Counted from the first letter of the whole stretch, positions 40,501 through 55,074 are shown. The stretch: DNA of 63,797 bases, filler included, from Octopus bimaculoides (GCF_001194135.2; 7 parts of 6 records of this genome joined end to end with filler, not necessarily neighbours in it), one strand, 5' to 3'. Numbers and translations: made by a program. The notes: generated from the sequence alone by a model not told the origin.

Positions 40501-41793
40501 TAATCTTTTCTCTTTTATGTATTACAATTACTATTGTTACTAGTATATATTTATACAGCACACAGTCTTTGCATGTGTATCTAATCTTATAATACTTCCT
40601 TTTGTTTTGGATTAAATAGAAATAATAGAATGTCTACCGGCTGATGCATGTCATTTTTGTATCCCTCCATTTTCTTTTTGCCGTATAAATTAAGGGTAAA
40701 CCACTTTCTACCCCCGCCCATATATGACACTCGATTGCGAAATTGCCACGCAAGAACCAGCACTTGAGTATGAATAATTGGGCACAGTACCAGCAGTATA
40801 TTGGATAGGTAGTGGGTAGCGATTTTCATCACTACTTCAGGGAGTGACAACCCTGCCTGACACGAGTCCTGGGCTCAGCTGGCTCCGGCTGACAGTACCC
40901 GGTATGGGCCCCTATCCAGGGTTACGGAAAGAAGAAATCTGGAGTGGAGCCCCGTAGGCAGTTTAGTGTTTGACTCGACACTCTTCCAGCAGCTCCTGCA
41001 ACCAGGCTGGTGCCAAACGAAATGCTCTGCACTCCTTTGGACTACATCAGCAAGGTCAAGAGAGGAATCCTGACAATTGGGCTACCCAGGATTTTCTTAC
41101 ATCTAGCCCAGGCCTGCGCAAAAATGGAGAGGACATGAAATGTAAAAACCAGACTGGATTAGACTCCATTGTCTCCCGAGACAAAAGGATGCCAACAATT
41201 ATCCCTTAGTTGGTTGGCTTCCCAACCTCTAACTTTCACGGAAATAAATATATATATATATATATANNNNNNNNNNNNNNNNNNNNNNNNNNNNNNNNNN
41301 NNNNNNNNNNNNNNNNNNNNNNNNNNNNNNNNNNNNNNNNNNNNNNNNNNNNNNNNNNNNNNNNNNNNNNNNNNNNNNNNNNNNNNNNNNNNNNNNNNNN
41401 NNNNNNNNNNNNNNNNNNNNNNNNNNNNNNNNNNNNNNNNNNNNNNNNNNNNNNNNNNNNNNNNNNNNNNNNNNNNNNNNNNNNNNNNNNNNNNNNNNNN
41501 NNNNNNNNNNNNNNNNNNNNNNNNNNNNNNNNNNNNNNNNNNNNNNNNNNNNNNNNNNNNNNNNNNNNNNNNNNNNNNNNNNNNNNNNNNNNNNNNNNNN
41601 NNNNNNNNNNNNNNNNNNNNNNNNNNNNNNNNNNNNNNNNNNNNNNNNNNNNNNNNNNNNNNNNNNNNNNNNNNNNNNNNNNNNNNNNNNNNNNNNNNNN
41701 NNNNNNNNNNNNNNNNNNNNNNNNNNNNNNNNNNNNNNNNNNNNNNNNNNNNNNNNNNNNNNNNNNNNNNNNNNNNNNNNNNNNNNNNNNNNN

Positions 41794-41825
<32 letters not shown>

Positions 41826-42646
41826 TTTGTCCCCCTCCACCGCTTGACAACCGGTGTTGGTGTGTTTACGTCCCTGTAACTTAGCGGTTCGACAAAAGTA
41901 ACCGATAGAATAAGTACCAAGCTTAAAAAGAAAATACGTACTGGAGGGGGTCGATTCCTTCGACTAAAATTCTTGAAGGCGGTGCTCCAGCATGGCCGCA
42001 GTCTAATGACTGAAACAAGTAAAGGATATGACAGGGTTCTTTCAGTTTCCGTCTACCAAATCCACTCACAAGGTTTTGGTCGAGGCTATAGTAGAAGACA
42101 GTAGGCCAAGATGCCACACAGAAGGACTGAACCCAGAATCATGGGATTGGGAAGCAAACTTCTTACCACACTGCCTACATATAAATATGCATGTGCGTGT
42201 GTCTACTTATCTTCCGATTTGCCCTGTACATTCGTTGCGCGATTCGCAGCACAAATCGAAAATATGTGGTATATTCATTAAAATTAATAAATTGAATTAA
42301 AATCTGGATAACACACACGTATAAACTTAAGAATTAGTATATACTTTGCCTAAAACGGTGCAAAGAAAAATTATCGGATGAGACCGGGTATATTATCGAA
42401 TGAGACCGGGTATATTTTACCCGGAAGTGATTGCTTTCTCTTCCGTTTCCATTTCTGTTTTTTGGTGGGAACATTAAAATACTGAAACAAGTGTGACTTG
42501 ATTGTTTTAAAGTTAGTAATGAAAACACTGAAGTTACCCGATAGGCAAATAACTGTGGTTTTACATCAACAACATTGGTTGTATGTTTATTCGGAAGACA
42601 CACGTCAAGTAAGTATAAATTCAATTTCACTTTTTTTGTCACATAC

Positions 42647-42696
<50 letters not shown>

Positions 42697-42796
42697 NNNN
42701 NNNNNNNNNNNNNNNNNNNNNNNNNNNNNNNNNNNNNNNNTTAATTAATTAANNNNNNNNNNNNNNNNNNNNNNNNNNNNNNNNNNNNNNNNNNNN

Positions 42797-42800
42797 AATA

Positions 42801-42831
<31 letters not shown>

Positions 42832-42839
42832 TAGTAAGG

Positions 42840-42888
<49 letters not shown>

Positions 42889-42944
42889 TGATAATAATAA
42901 TAATAATAATATTAATAATAATAATAATAATAATAATAAAAATG

Positions 42945-43004
<60 letters not shown>

Positions 43005-43019
43005 GTAAGGATAATAATG

Positions 43020-43085
<66 letters not shown>
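42797..43085. repeat. Long (AAT)n microsatellite
   Basis: About 290 bp of AAT units with repeated interruptions (AGTAAGG, AAAATG). Confidence 0.95.
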
Positions 43086-43086
<1 letters not shown>

Positions 43087-43972
43087 CAACGATCACGACG
43101 AGAGGAACAACGATGACAACAGCAACGATGACGTCGACGACGACGACAACAACAACAACGGAGACAACTGCAGCAATAACAACAACAGCGACAAAAACTG
43201 AAGAAAGAAAGCGGCAAAAAATAGAAGAAAAAAAAAACAAAAAAAACGACCCAGACAACTAAACGAAAAAGCAAAAAAAGAAAACAAGAAAACACAAGGA
43301 AACATCTAAAAGAAATAAACAATAAATAAAACAAATAGCAACGACAACAAAAACAACAACAACAACAACAACAACGGCGAGAGAAAAAAAAAGCGTAACA
43401 AGAGGACGGCTCGAAGAAGCAGAGACAAGTAGTTACTAATTTTAATAAAAATCCATTATTGTAATGTTTTGTGAGCGGTTTTGTAAGAAGGAACATTTTG
43501 ATAAGGAGGCGGANNNNNNNNNNNNNNNNNNNNNNNNNNNNNNNNNNNNNNNNNNNNNNNNNNNNNNNNNNNNGGGGGGGGGGGGAAGACGAGGAGGAGT
43601 TGGCGAGCTGTGGATGTTACACAAGTCATATAATAAAACCGGTGTTGTAGGAAACAGGAAACACACAAGACAAAGGCTTGTAGATGTTTGCTTCCTATAT
43701 TTACCAATGTTAGTATGCGTGTGTGTGTGTATGTGTGTGTGTGATTCTATCTATATCCATACACACACGTACGCACTCATACAAACACATATGGGTGTGT
43801 ACATATATATATATATATATGTTATATATATATATATATGCATATACAATTTTCGCCTGAAGATCGTGGTAATGGAACTCAAGTGCGAGAAAAACTTTCA
43901 GCTTTAGTTTTAATATAATACTACACACACGTGCGCGCGTGCGTACACACACACATACACACACATAATATG

Positions 43973-44007
<35 letters not shown>

Positions 44008-44391
44008 TAAAAACGTAAAAATAAAACAGAACACAAAGGATTCCGCGGTACACGTGTTTCAAGCTTTATACACAAACAGTCGTTGCATCATTATATGAGT
44101 ATATAATTGATAGACAGGATGGTATAAAGCTATCTTCAGCCGCAAATATATTCTTTCCCAAGCATTATATCACAAAGAAGAAGTCACCAAGAAAAAAGTA
44201 AAAGAGAGAGAAACATGAGAGAGGCATTAAATTGTATCTCTAAAATGTATCATCTTTAAACTGTTACATTGAGCTCTTTCACATAGTTTTGCTTAATTTT
44301 TAGACGAAGTAATATGTTCTGTAGAACACGTCGCTTTATCCGTATGAAACCACTCATGGTCTCTATAAATTTATTTATTTACAACTAAACC

Positions 44392-44615
44392 TGTCTCTGG
44401 GGAGAGTCATGCTCTTGTGATGCCTTATAATTTAACACACTCACCGGTAAAATTTCCACTTATTTCTAAAATTTTCGTTGCGTCTTTGACTCTCAGAGTC
44501 AAAACTATTGAAAAGGCTGCAAGACGGAACGAAAATTTTAGAAATAAGTGGAAATTTTACCGGTGAGTGTGTTAAATTATAAGGCACCAAAAGAGCATGA
44601 CTCTCCCCAGACACA
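44392..44615. mobile_element. Fold-back MITE, ~90-bp inverted arms
   Basis: CTGGGGAGAGTCATGCTCTT... / ...AAGAGCATGACTCTCCCCAG; the arms differ at only a few positions. Confidence 0.8.
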
Positions 44616-45645
44616 ACAGAATATGCTTCAACACACGAACTCACATAAATAATCTGGCAAACCAAATCCAAAAACGATATAAACCAGTCTCATAACCCCG
44701 GAAAGAAGCTGCAAAATTTTGACGTCTTATCATAGTTTGTTTTTTCCCTCTTATAATTTTCAAAATTATGACGATCATAATTTTGTTTTTCCCTCTTATG
44801 AAACACGCTTAGACACCGATATTGACTCAAGTTATAGTTGTAGTATTTTTTTTTAAATTCTAGTATTTTGTTTAAATCATTCGTCTGCGACCATGCTGGA
44901 GTTCCGGGTTGATGAATTTCGTCGAACAAATCGACTCCGGTCCTTATTCTTCTACCATTATGTCTGGTGTTTCTACTGGTCTCTTTTGAACGATCTGCTG
45001 AATTCCGGGCGCGTAAACATATCAATGTGGAGGTACGTGGCTTAGTGGTTAGGGTGTTGGATTCACGACCGTAAGATTGTGGTTTCGATTCCTGGACCGG
45101 GCAATCCGTTGTGCTTTTAAGTAAAACATTTCATTTCATATTGCAGAAATGAGTTTCGCCTGGCATAAGATAGGCTCCACTAAGCTTTCTCGCCCAAGAT
45201 ACGCTGCATGGCTACAGCGCCCCACGACCCCCAAGGGGTTAAGGGACTTGTCAAACATACTAACACCGACTGTCATGCGGAAGGGGAATAGAAATAAAGG
45301 CATACACATGCGTGCATACAGCCCACCCCGCTCTCTCTTTGTCATATTCATAAGTATATAGACGATGTGATTCCACACAGTTCCCGTCTATCAAATTCAC
45401 TCTCGAGACATTGGTCGGCCAGGGGTTCATAATAGAACAGATTTGGCCGAGGTGCCGCGCGGTGGGACTGAACCTGAAACCATGAGATTACTAAGTGAGC
45501 TTCTGAACTACACACACAGCCATGCCTGGGAAGTTAACTAAATTTTCTATGGTTATACCGATTCTGGTGTAGGAGGTTCAGAATGACATCATCCACTGTG
45601 ACAACAGCTATCATGCGATATTAGTAGCGTACGACACTTGTTTAT

Positions 45646-45690
<45 letters not shown>

Positions 45691-45883
45691 AAATACATCT
45701 GCGCGCATATACACGCAAAGTTAAACGCGCGTGCACGCACACAGACATAGACAAATACACACAATTATGCGTACGCACACAAACACACACATGTACGTTT
45801 GCGTATTTGTATGTAACTGTGTATGTATGTAGATATATATGTATGCATGTGTATATATATATCTATCTGTATATACACGTAAG

Positions 45884-45955
<72 letters not shown>

Positions 45956-46127
45956 AATAAATAAATAAATACATGTATATATATATATTCACAAATATAT
46001 CTATGTAAATATATAAATACACATATATATTTGTACACATATAAATTCAATTATATATAACTATGTATTTATGTATATGTGTATATATGCGCACACATAT
46101 TGTTGTGACTATATGCACACTTCCATG

Positions 46128-46158
<31 letters not shown>

Positions 46159-46227
46159 CTGTATATATATATTCATATATATATATATGTATATGTAGGA
46201 TATATGTATGTATGTATGTATGTGTGA

Positions 46228-46285
<58 letters not shown>

Positions 46286-47139
46286 ACACATGTACACATA
46301 CATACTCACACATGCGCACAGATGTAACATCACAAGACAAGCGGATATCTGTGAATAATGAACGAAGAATCTTATAAATATTAATGTAATCTCCAGGACA
46401 GCAAATTAAAATATAAGAGAAAGGAAGCAATAAACATGGAAGATATGTGAAATGAATGTGAAATAAGAGAGCGAAACTGAACTTTAAGAAACGCTGTGTC
46501 ATAGTTACATATAGTTATATAGTTATATAGTTACATATGTAATATTAGCAACGAGATACAGACAACCTCCTCGACGACCATCATTGAGAAGCGAATGGAG
46601 ATGCAAGCAATAAATTGTGTCATAGGAAAACCAAGAGGGAATATTGCGGCAGATGTTCGAACACGTTCACACAGTCTTACTCAGACAGAAACGCATATAC
46701 ACTTAAGTACATGCGAATACATACATATATGTGTGTATATATATATATATGCGCTACGTAATTAAGACAATTTAGTTTCTGTTCGGACTTCCGGGTTTTG
46801 GGGGATTTTATTTTATTTTATTTTTTTTTGCGTCTTCAACGTATGTGCACAAGTGAATTGATTGCATATCCGGCCAAACTCCCACATGCATGTAACTGTG
46901 TGTGAGTTTGTGTGTTTGTGTGTGTGTTTGTGTGTGTGTTTATGTGAGCGTGTGTTTCTGCGCGAGTCCGTTACTTTGGTATGCATACATACATACATAC
47001 ATACATACATACATACAAATATATATATANNNNNNNNNNTATATGCACATATCCATCCATATCGACATGCATAAGTATATTTATATAAGTATACATACAT
47101 ACATACATACATACACACATACATACATACACAGATATA

Positions 47140-47330
47140 TCTTATACATAAATGGCAGTTTCTGTCTGTTGATCTATCTGTAACAATCTTGCTGCCAACA
47201 CCAGTGAACCAATCTTGACGAAACTTTACATACATGTTAAACTAACATTCAGTTCAATTAAACGTTAACTGGATTTCAATAAAAATCTATAATGGGCCAC
47301 CTAGGGGTGTTGGGCTATTATTTGATGAAA
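47140..47330 (+). mobile_element. Non-autonomous Helitron-like 5' end
   Basis: A|TCTTATACATAAAT...TCTGTCTGT...GAACCAATCTTGACGAAACTTTAC has the same layout as the 19350 element. Confidence 0.5.
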
Positions 47331-47596
47331 TGAGAAGGTTGCAAAGAGTGTTAGTGTGAGGGAAATGTGGTGGCACAGTCAGTGTGGCTGATATCAGGGA
47401 AGGGGTGAACAGCATTGTGTAAGCGACAAATATGGAGCGGCGGTGCTATATGTCCTTTAAATTGGAAATCTTAATTGTTGATATGACATGGTATGTTTTT
47501 TTTTTCAGTTTAGTTATAAAATAAACAGATTAATCAACGGAATACAGTGTCTGCAAGTTGATGAGTACCTCATACTCCCCTTCATTTTCTTATTGC

Positions 47597-47634
<38 letters not shown>

Positions 47635-48137
47635 GTAAATATCAAGTAAATTTTCAGTTTGAACTTTTGCGTGAACTGGCGTTGAAAGCAAAGATGATAC
47701 AGAAACGATTGTAACTGATCATTAAAATATGTGTTAAAGTTTTTCTTTGCCTTGTTATTCGGATTATATATNNNNNNNNNNNNNNNNNNNNNNNNNNNNN
47801 NNNNNNNNNNNNNNNNNNNNNNNNNNNNNNNNNNNNNNNNNNNNNNNNNNNNNNNNNNNNNNNNNNNNNNNNNNNNNNNNNNNNNNNNNNNNNNNNNNNN
47901 NNNNNNNNNNNNNNNNNNNNNNNNNNNNNNNNNNNNNNNNNNNNNNNNNNNNNNNNNNNNNNNNNNNNNNNNNNNNNNNNNNNNNNNNNNNNNNNNNNNN
48001 NNNNNNNNNNNNNNNNNNNNNNNNNNNNNNNNNNNNNNNNNNNNNNNNNNNNNNNNNNNNNNNNNNNNNNNNNNNNNNNNNNNNNNNNNNNNNNNNNNNN
48101 NNNNNNNNNNNNNNNNNNNNNNNNNNNNNNNNNNNNN

Positions 48138-48182
<45 letters not shown>

Positions 48183-48468
48183 AAGATGCACACATACGCT
48201 TATATACATATTCTTACAAACTCCCAATAAAAACAATACACGCACACATTGTCTATCTATCTATGTATCTATCTGTCTGTCTGTCTGTCTGTTTATCTAG
48301 CTCTCTCTCTCTTTCTTTTTATCTCTCTCTTTCTCTCTCTCTCTCTCTCTATCTATCTATTTGTTTGTCTATCTATCTACCTATCTGTCTGTCTGTCTAA
48401 TCTATCTATATTTCTGTCTGTCTATGTATGTATGTATGTATGTATCTATCTGTCGGTCTGTCAGTCTG

Positions 48469-48543
<75 letters not shown>

Positions 48544-48643
48544 GACTGTCTCTCTGTCTATACATACATACATACACACATGTATATTTATTATTATACT
48601 GATATACATGTATGTATGCAAGCGTGCTTGTGAATGTATACAC

Positions 48644-48708
<65 letters not shown>

Positions 48709-49029
48709 CTCACACGCACAACGTATGCCTGTAAGTACGCGTGGTTTTAACGTGGTCGGTGTACTCGTACTTGTACGTAAAACGTAAATGTCGTTTGTTG
48801 TTGGGCAAGGCAAGGAGCTGATATTAAAGCAGCGTAAAATATCAGGTGAAGTAATCCGCCATTCTTATCTATAATGGTGGTTGCATAGTGTTGTGTTTAA
48901 AGAAATCCGATTAGTTCGTTCCTTTCCCAACATTGATCTGCTTCTCTCCAACAGTGTCTGCGGAATATTCTGGAATATTCTTTTAGTTTCGCTGTTACAG
49001 CCAACAGAAAAGATGCTAATCCGATCTCG

Positions 49030-49030
49030 A

Positions 49031-49086
<56 letters not shown>

Positions 49087-49147
49087 TCACCACCACCACC
49101 ACTACCATCTTTACTACTACTAGAACATCTACGACAACCCCCTCCTT

Positions 49148-49190
<43 letters not shown>

Positions 49191-49455
49191 GCTGCTGCTG
49201 CACGTGTAGAGGACTCTTAATTCCTTTCTATTTTTAGCTTGTTTTCTTTTTATATCATAATTCCTATTTTTATTGTCATTGTTGTTGTTGCTTCTGTTGC
49301 TGCAACTGCTACTGCTGCTGCTGCTGTTGTTGTTACTGTTGTTGTTGTTGTTGTTCTTCTTCTTTCTTTTTTATTATTTCACTTATTATTATTATCATCA
49401 TCATCATCATCATTATTATTATTACTATTTATTATTATCATCATTATTATTATTA

Positions 49456-49529
<74 letters not shown>

Positions 49530-49530
49530 C
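49030..49530. repeat. Compound trinucleotide microsatellite (TAC/CAC/TGC/TGT/CAT/TAT)
   Basis: Directly visible runs. Confidence 0.95.
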
Positions 49531-49933
49531 ACCGTTATTACTGTTCAACTCCTTAATCTGTTGTTAATTCATCCGTGGGTGTGTAAGAACATATCGTGAC
49601 CAAGAATATCTGCGATCCGTTTTGGCCATTGGCGTCTACTGGTACTGATAAGCGGGTTCCCGTTGTTGTTGTTGTTGTTGTTGACACACTTATGAATTAA
49701 TGGAATTCTCAATGCTGAGCATCTCAGTAACCCCCACCCCACCCTCCACCACTAATCTTCCGCGGCACACATATTGTAAAGTGCCCCGTTATCATTGAAG
49801 CGATAGCGACATTTCATTTTCAGACTTATTTCTTTCTAAGACCAAAATTAGCTGGTTTTGTTTATTAAGTTGTATTACTAGAAACAAATTGTTATGAGTT
49901 AAAAAAACATTTCCCTCTTGGTTACAAATGGCT

Positions 49934-50256
49934 GGGATTCCGTCGGTCACGACGACGAGTGTTTCAGTCGATTCGATCGTCGGAACAACCTGCTCACGAA
50001 ATTAACGTGCGAGTGGCTGAGTACTCCGCAGACACGCGTACCCTTAACGTAGTTCTCAAGGAGATTCAGTGTGACGCAGAGTGCGTCAAGGCTGGCCCTT
50101 TGAAATACAAGTACAACTCACTTTTGCCAGTTGAGTGGACTGGAGCAACGTGAAATAAAGTGTCTTGCTCAAGGACACAACGCGTCCCCGGGAATTGAAC
50201 TCACGACCTTACGATCGTGAGCCTAACAACGTAACCACTAAGCCAGGCGTCTTCAC
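49934..50256 (-). mobile_element. tRNA-derived SINE, family A
   Basis: Full-length reverse copy with A/B boxes. Confidence 0.8.
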
Positions 50257-51082
50257 TTGTAAACAAATACTTCATCGTTAACGAACACTGCGCCAATGAG
50301 TGCAACTCTAGGCAGTCACACAACTTGCTAAAAATAGCAGTAAAATCTCGCTCAAATCACATTCTGCCTTCTTAATAGAAAAAAAAGAGGAAATTCTTGG
50401 ACGATTTAGTCCTAGACAAATAAAGAGATGACTTACAACGGAAAATTATGTCTAACGGGATTTTAAAATTTTTATTTAGTAGGGTGTGTTTTGAGGAAGA
50501 TTTTGGTTGCTCTGCTTGGCCGAAAGACTTCGTAACGGATAGCAAGTTATTGGGTTGGTGCATAATTATTGCGGCTTTTTTTTTTCAACAAATTTTATTC
50601 AACAAAGACAATAACAATATTTAACGTCCCTTTTGTCTTCTTCTTGTCTTCTACTTTACAAGCGTTTCTTGTTTAAACATAATCTGCTCTAAAGACAGTC
50701 TTGTTTTCAGCTTGATAAATGGCGGAATGAATTATTATTTCGATCAGGAAACCTTGGGTGGCTGTATTTACAAGATTTGCGGTTTTTTATCACAAGATTA
50801 TCTTTACTCTCTTAGATGATCGAACGCTTTTTCATTTGCTGAAGTATCACCACTGGACGTGACCTTAGGCAAGTGTCTTCTGTTCTAGCTCCGAGCCGAC
50901 CAGTGGTGCCTTGCGAGGAAATTTGGTGGAAACTGAAAGAAGCCCGTCGTACATATATACATATATATTTGTATATGGGTATATATATGTACGACAGGCT
51001 TCTTTCAGTCCACGTCTTTCAGTCCACGTCTTTCAGTCCACCATATATTGCACCTACAGAAGTTACAGAGAGAGTGAGTGAG

Positions 51083-51158
<76 letters not shown>

Positions 51159-51425
51159 TAAACATAGATAGATAGATAAACAGAGATAGATAGAGAGATA
51201 GACAGATAGATAGAGAGAGAGAACGAGAGGGAGGGGGAGAGGGTTCTATTTCATGGTTTACACATATTTTAAAATAGTGACTTTATTAGATATAGAGGCA
51301 TTAATTCCTGACACAATCAATCAGCCGGATTCTACGACATGATCAATATAAAAGGAACGAATAAATTTTCGTCTCGTCTGTTCTCAATATCGACCAATAG
51401 GTATTTCATGAACGCTCCTTCTCAC

Positions 51426-51478
51426 CGTACTTATCTTGTAACTCATAAAAGTCACGGTCGCTGCTTCTTGTATTGATT
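51426..51478 (-). CDS. Candidate 53-bp internal exon of an unidentified gene
   Basis: atttttatctAG|...TACG|GTGAGA; open in two frames (INTRSSDRDFYELQDKY or SIQEAATVTFMSYKIST). Confidence 0.22.
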
Positions 51479-53065
51479 CTAGATAAAAATATCAAGTTGA
51501 CTGATCTATTTACACTTTAAAATCCATCGTAATATACGTACAATTTCAGATGTTACCAACTACGCTGAAGTCTAAATATATTAGGCATTCAAATGATCCA
51601 TTCTCGGAGAAGCAATCACTAAAGCATCATCGAGGTATGGTAGTGGAGGTGGGGGAACAAATATATATNNNNNNNNNNNNNNNNNNNNNNNNNNNNNNNN
51701 NNNNNNNNNNNNNNNNNNNNNNNNNNNNNNNNNNNNNNNNNNNNNNNNNNNNNNNNNNNNNNNNNNNNNNNNNNNNNNNNNNNNNNNNNNNNNNNNNNNN
51801 NNNNNNNNNNNNNNNNNNNNNNNNNNNNNNNNNNNNNNNNNNNNNNNNNNNNNNNNNNNNNNNNNNNNNNNNNNNNNNNNNNNNNNNNNNNNNNNNNNNN
51901 NNNNNNNNNNNNNNNNNNNNNNNNNNNNNNNNNNNNNNNNNNNNNNNNNNNNNNNNNNNNNNNNNNNNNNNNNNNNNNNNNNNNNNNNNNNNNNNNNNNN
52001 NNNNNNNNNNNNNNNNNNNNNNNNNNNNNNNNNNNNNNNNNNNNNNNTATATATATATATATATTTGTAATTTTATTTCATTTATATGTTTGTGTTTGTA
52101 TAAATAGACAAGGATTGGATGGGGCTCTTCTGTTTAACAAAGCCGTGGTGTAGGCAATCTGTTTAGGAGAAGGTAACTCTGAATTCAAATCCCTCACTGC
52201 TGTCTTGTGGTTAGCCTTTGATTGGACAAAAACTGGGAGAAGGACACTCAGATATAAAACCTGCGACTGCAAATGCACCAAATGATGTCGACTTGCTCAT
52301 ATATTTGGATCATGCTTTGTAGTTTAGAGAGTGGGATTAGTTCTGTGCAAAACTTTTCGTCACTTTAAAAAGTGTCAAGCACAGGTATCGCTGGACGGCA
52401 AAAAAGAAATGAACCTCTTGTATGTACATAGCTGGACGAAGCCTAAAAAATCACAATCAAGCAATGAAAGTCTATGGCAAAATGGGCTCTGGAACATTTT
52501 GTTCTGTGGTCTGGTCCCGGCAGGTGTCCCAAGCCGCTATAGCCTGAGTCCGGTCATCATCCTGCAACTGTGAGTAAATTCGGGTTAAGGTGCAAACCTA
52601 TGAATATTGGATGCTCGAATTTTTGAACCTTATTAGACAATGAACCAAGTTCACCCTTGCTTTTAAAACAGTCAGTGATCAATAAAGTAAGTTCTAGACA
52701 TGTACCGGATCGATATGATCGTCTGTCTAATCTACTGCCCATCTACCCACAATGTGTGACCTGGTGCATGTATAGAACAAAATCAATAATATAGTTTCAT
52801 GAAACCATTCAATTGATTTCAGACGTCCTAAACATATGTCATGTGTGGCCAAAATACAGCCTGTGTGTGTTATAACCTATGTCTACCCTTCTTATAGAAA
52901 TAGCAGTGAAATATCCCTAAAAATACATTAGACTGTTTGAAAAGGAGAAGGAGACATTAGAAAATATTGTCCAACATACACTATGCCTGAAGAAAAGATT
53001 TCCGTTATTATAGCAAGACTGGTATAGCATTTTCGTGGGTTGTGCCAAAGCAATATGGTAAGGTC

Positions 53066-53290
53066 GAAGGCGGCGAGCTGGCAGAAACGTTAGCATGCCG
53101 GGCGAAATGCTTAGCGATATTTCGTCTGCCGCTACGTTCTGAGTTCAAATTCCGCCGAGGTCGACTTTACCTTTCATACTTTCAGGGTCAATTAAATAAG
53201 TACCAGTTACGCACTGGAGTCGATATAATCGACTTAATCCGTTTGTCTTTCCTTGTTTGTCCCCTCTGTGTGTAGCCCCTTGTGGGCAGT
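53066..53290 (+). mobile_element. tRNA-derived SINE, family D (Deu/Nin-like central motif)
   Basis: GGCGGCGAGCTGGCAGAAACGTTAGC...GAGTTCAAATTCCGCCGAGGTCGACTTT...GGGTCAATTAAATAAGTACCAG. More copies at about 1.6, 5.4-5.8, 11.5, 14.6-14.9, 24.7, 25.6, 28.7-29.6, 33.4, 35.5, 37.7, 55.8 and 58.8 kb. The domain name is from memory. Confidence 0.75.
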
Positions 53291-54048
53291 AAAGAAATAA
53301 GAAACGATAGCATGCCGGACGAAATGTTCAGCGGTATTTCGTCTGTCTTTACGTTCTGTGTTCAAATTCCGCCGAGGTCGNNNNNNNNNNNNNNNNNNNN
53401 NNNNNNNNNNNNNNNNNNNNNNNNNNNNNNNNNNNNNNNNNNNNNNNNNNNNNNNNNNNNNNNNNNNNNNNNNNNNNNNNNNNNNNNNNNNNNNNNNNNN
53501 NNNNNNNNNNNNNNNNNNNNNNNNNNNNNNNNNNNNNNNNNNNNNNNNNNNNNNNNNNNNNNNNNNNNNNNNNNNNNNNNNNNNNNNNNNNNNNNNNNNN
53601 NNNNNNNNNNNNNNNNNNNNNNNNNNNNNNNNNNNNNNNNNNNNNNNNNNNNNNNNNNNNNNNNNNNNNNNNNNNNNNNNNNNNNNNNNNNNNNNNNNNN
53701 NNNNNNNNNNNNNNNNNNNNNNNNNNNNNNNNNNNNNNNNNNNNNNNNNNNNNNNNNNNNNNNNNNNNNNNNNNNNNNNNNNNNNNNNNNNNNNNNNNNN
53801 NNNNNNNNNNNNNNNNNNNNNNNNNNNNNNNNNNNNNNNNNNNNNNNNNNNNNNNNNNNNNNNNNNNNNNNNNNNNNNNNNNNNNNNNNNNNNNNNNNNN
53901 NNNNNNNNNNNNNNNNNNNNNNNNNNNNNNNNNNNNNNNNNNNNNNNNNNNNNNNNNNNNNNNNNNNNNNNNNNNNNNNNNNNNNNNNNNNNNNNNNNNN
54001 NNNNNNNNNNNNNNNNNNNNNNNNNNNNNNNNNNNNNNNNNNNNNNNN

Positions 54049-54110
<62 letters not shown>

Positions 54111-54200
54111 GGTCTCTCTCTCTCACACACACACCTAGATGGAGTCTCATACACACACACAAAGACTAAGTCTCATACACACACATACACACAGACACAG

Positions 54201-54235
<35 letters not shown>

Positions 54236-54239
54236 GACA

Positions 54240-54271
<32 letters not shown>

Positions 54272-54333
54272 AACACATAGATGGAATGACATACACACAC
54301 ACACAGACTAAGTCTCATACACACACAGACACA

Positions 54334-54374
<41 letters not shown>

Positions 54375-55074
54375 GGAGTTTCACACAGAAATTCTAAGTT
54401 TTGATGTTTGACCTGCAGACTTTCATCCAACGGTTGCTATATTAGCAATATTTATTTGTCGAGAGCATATTTGAAGAATTACACCAGAGAAACTTCGTCC
54501 GTTCACAGACAATCATATCAACCAATGAACTCTCTCTCTATCTATCTACTAACTTTGCCGTTCGCCGACTTGCGCGGTGACTTTGTTTGGAGTGATAAAC
54601 AGCTGCGCACCGCCAACCTCATTCTTGCATCTGTGGTCATCCTCATGGTCAAGACGACTGGGGATAAAGACGGATGCAGTGGATGACCAAGTTGTTTTAT
54701 TTCCTTCATCTTCATCTCTTCTCTCCATCCAGGGTTACTGCAAACGTCTTCCTCTTCGTTCTGCAGGGTCCACCGGATCCAGTCTTCATATTCATAGATA
54801 GGTAAGCCCTAATATGTTTATTGAAGGCGCATGGTCTAGTGGTTAGAGCGTCAGGCTAACAATCTTGAGGTAGTGAGTTCGATTCCCGGACCAGGCTGTG
54901 TGTTGTGTTCTTGAGCAAGACACTTTATTTCACATTGTTCCAGTTCATCCAGTTGTAGAAATCAGTTGCGACGTCACTGGTGCAGAGCTGCATCGGCCCC
55001 TTTGCCTTTCCCTTGGACAAGATTAGTGGCGTAGAGAGAAGAGGCTAGTACGCATGGGCAACTGCTGTTCTTCA

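Noticed and set aside
42745-43496. Long poly-Leu/Ile/Tyr ORFs and other low-complexity ORFs in the track
   Set aside because: They are translations of (AAT)n, (CA)n, (TA)n, (TATG)n tracts or N runs.
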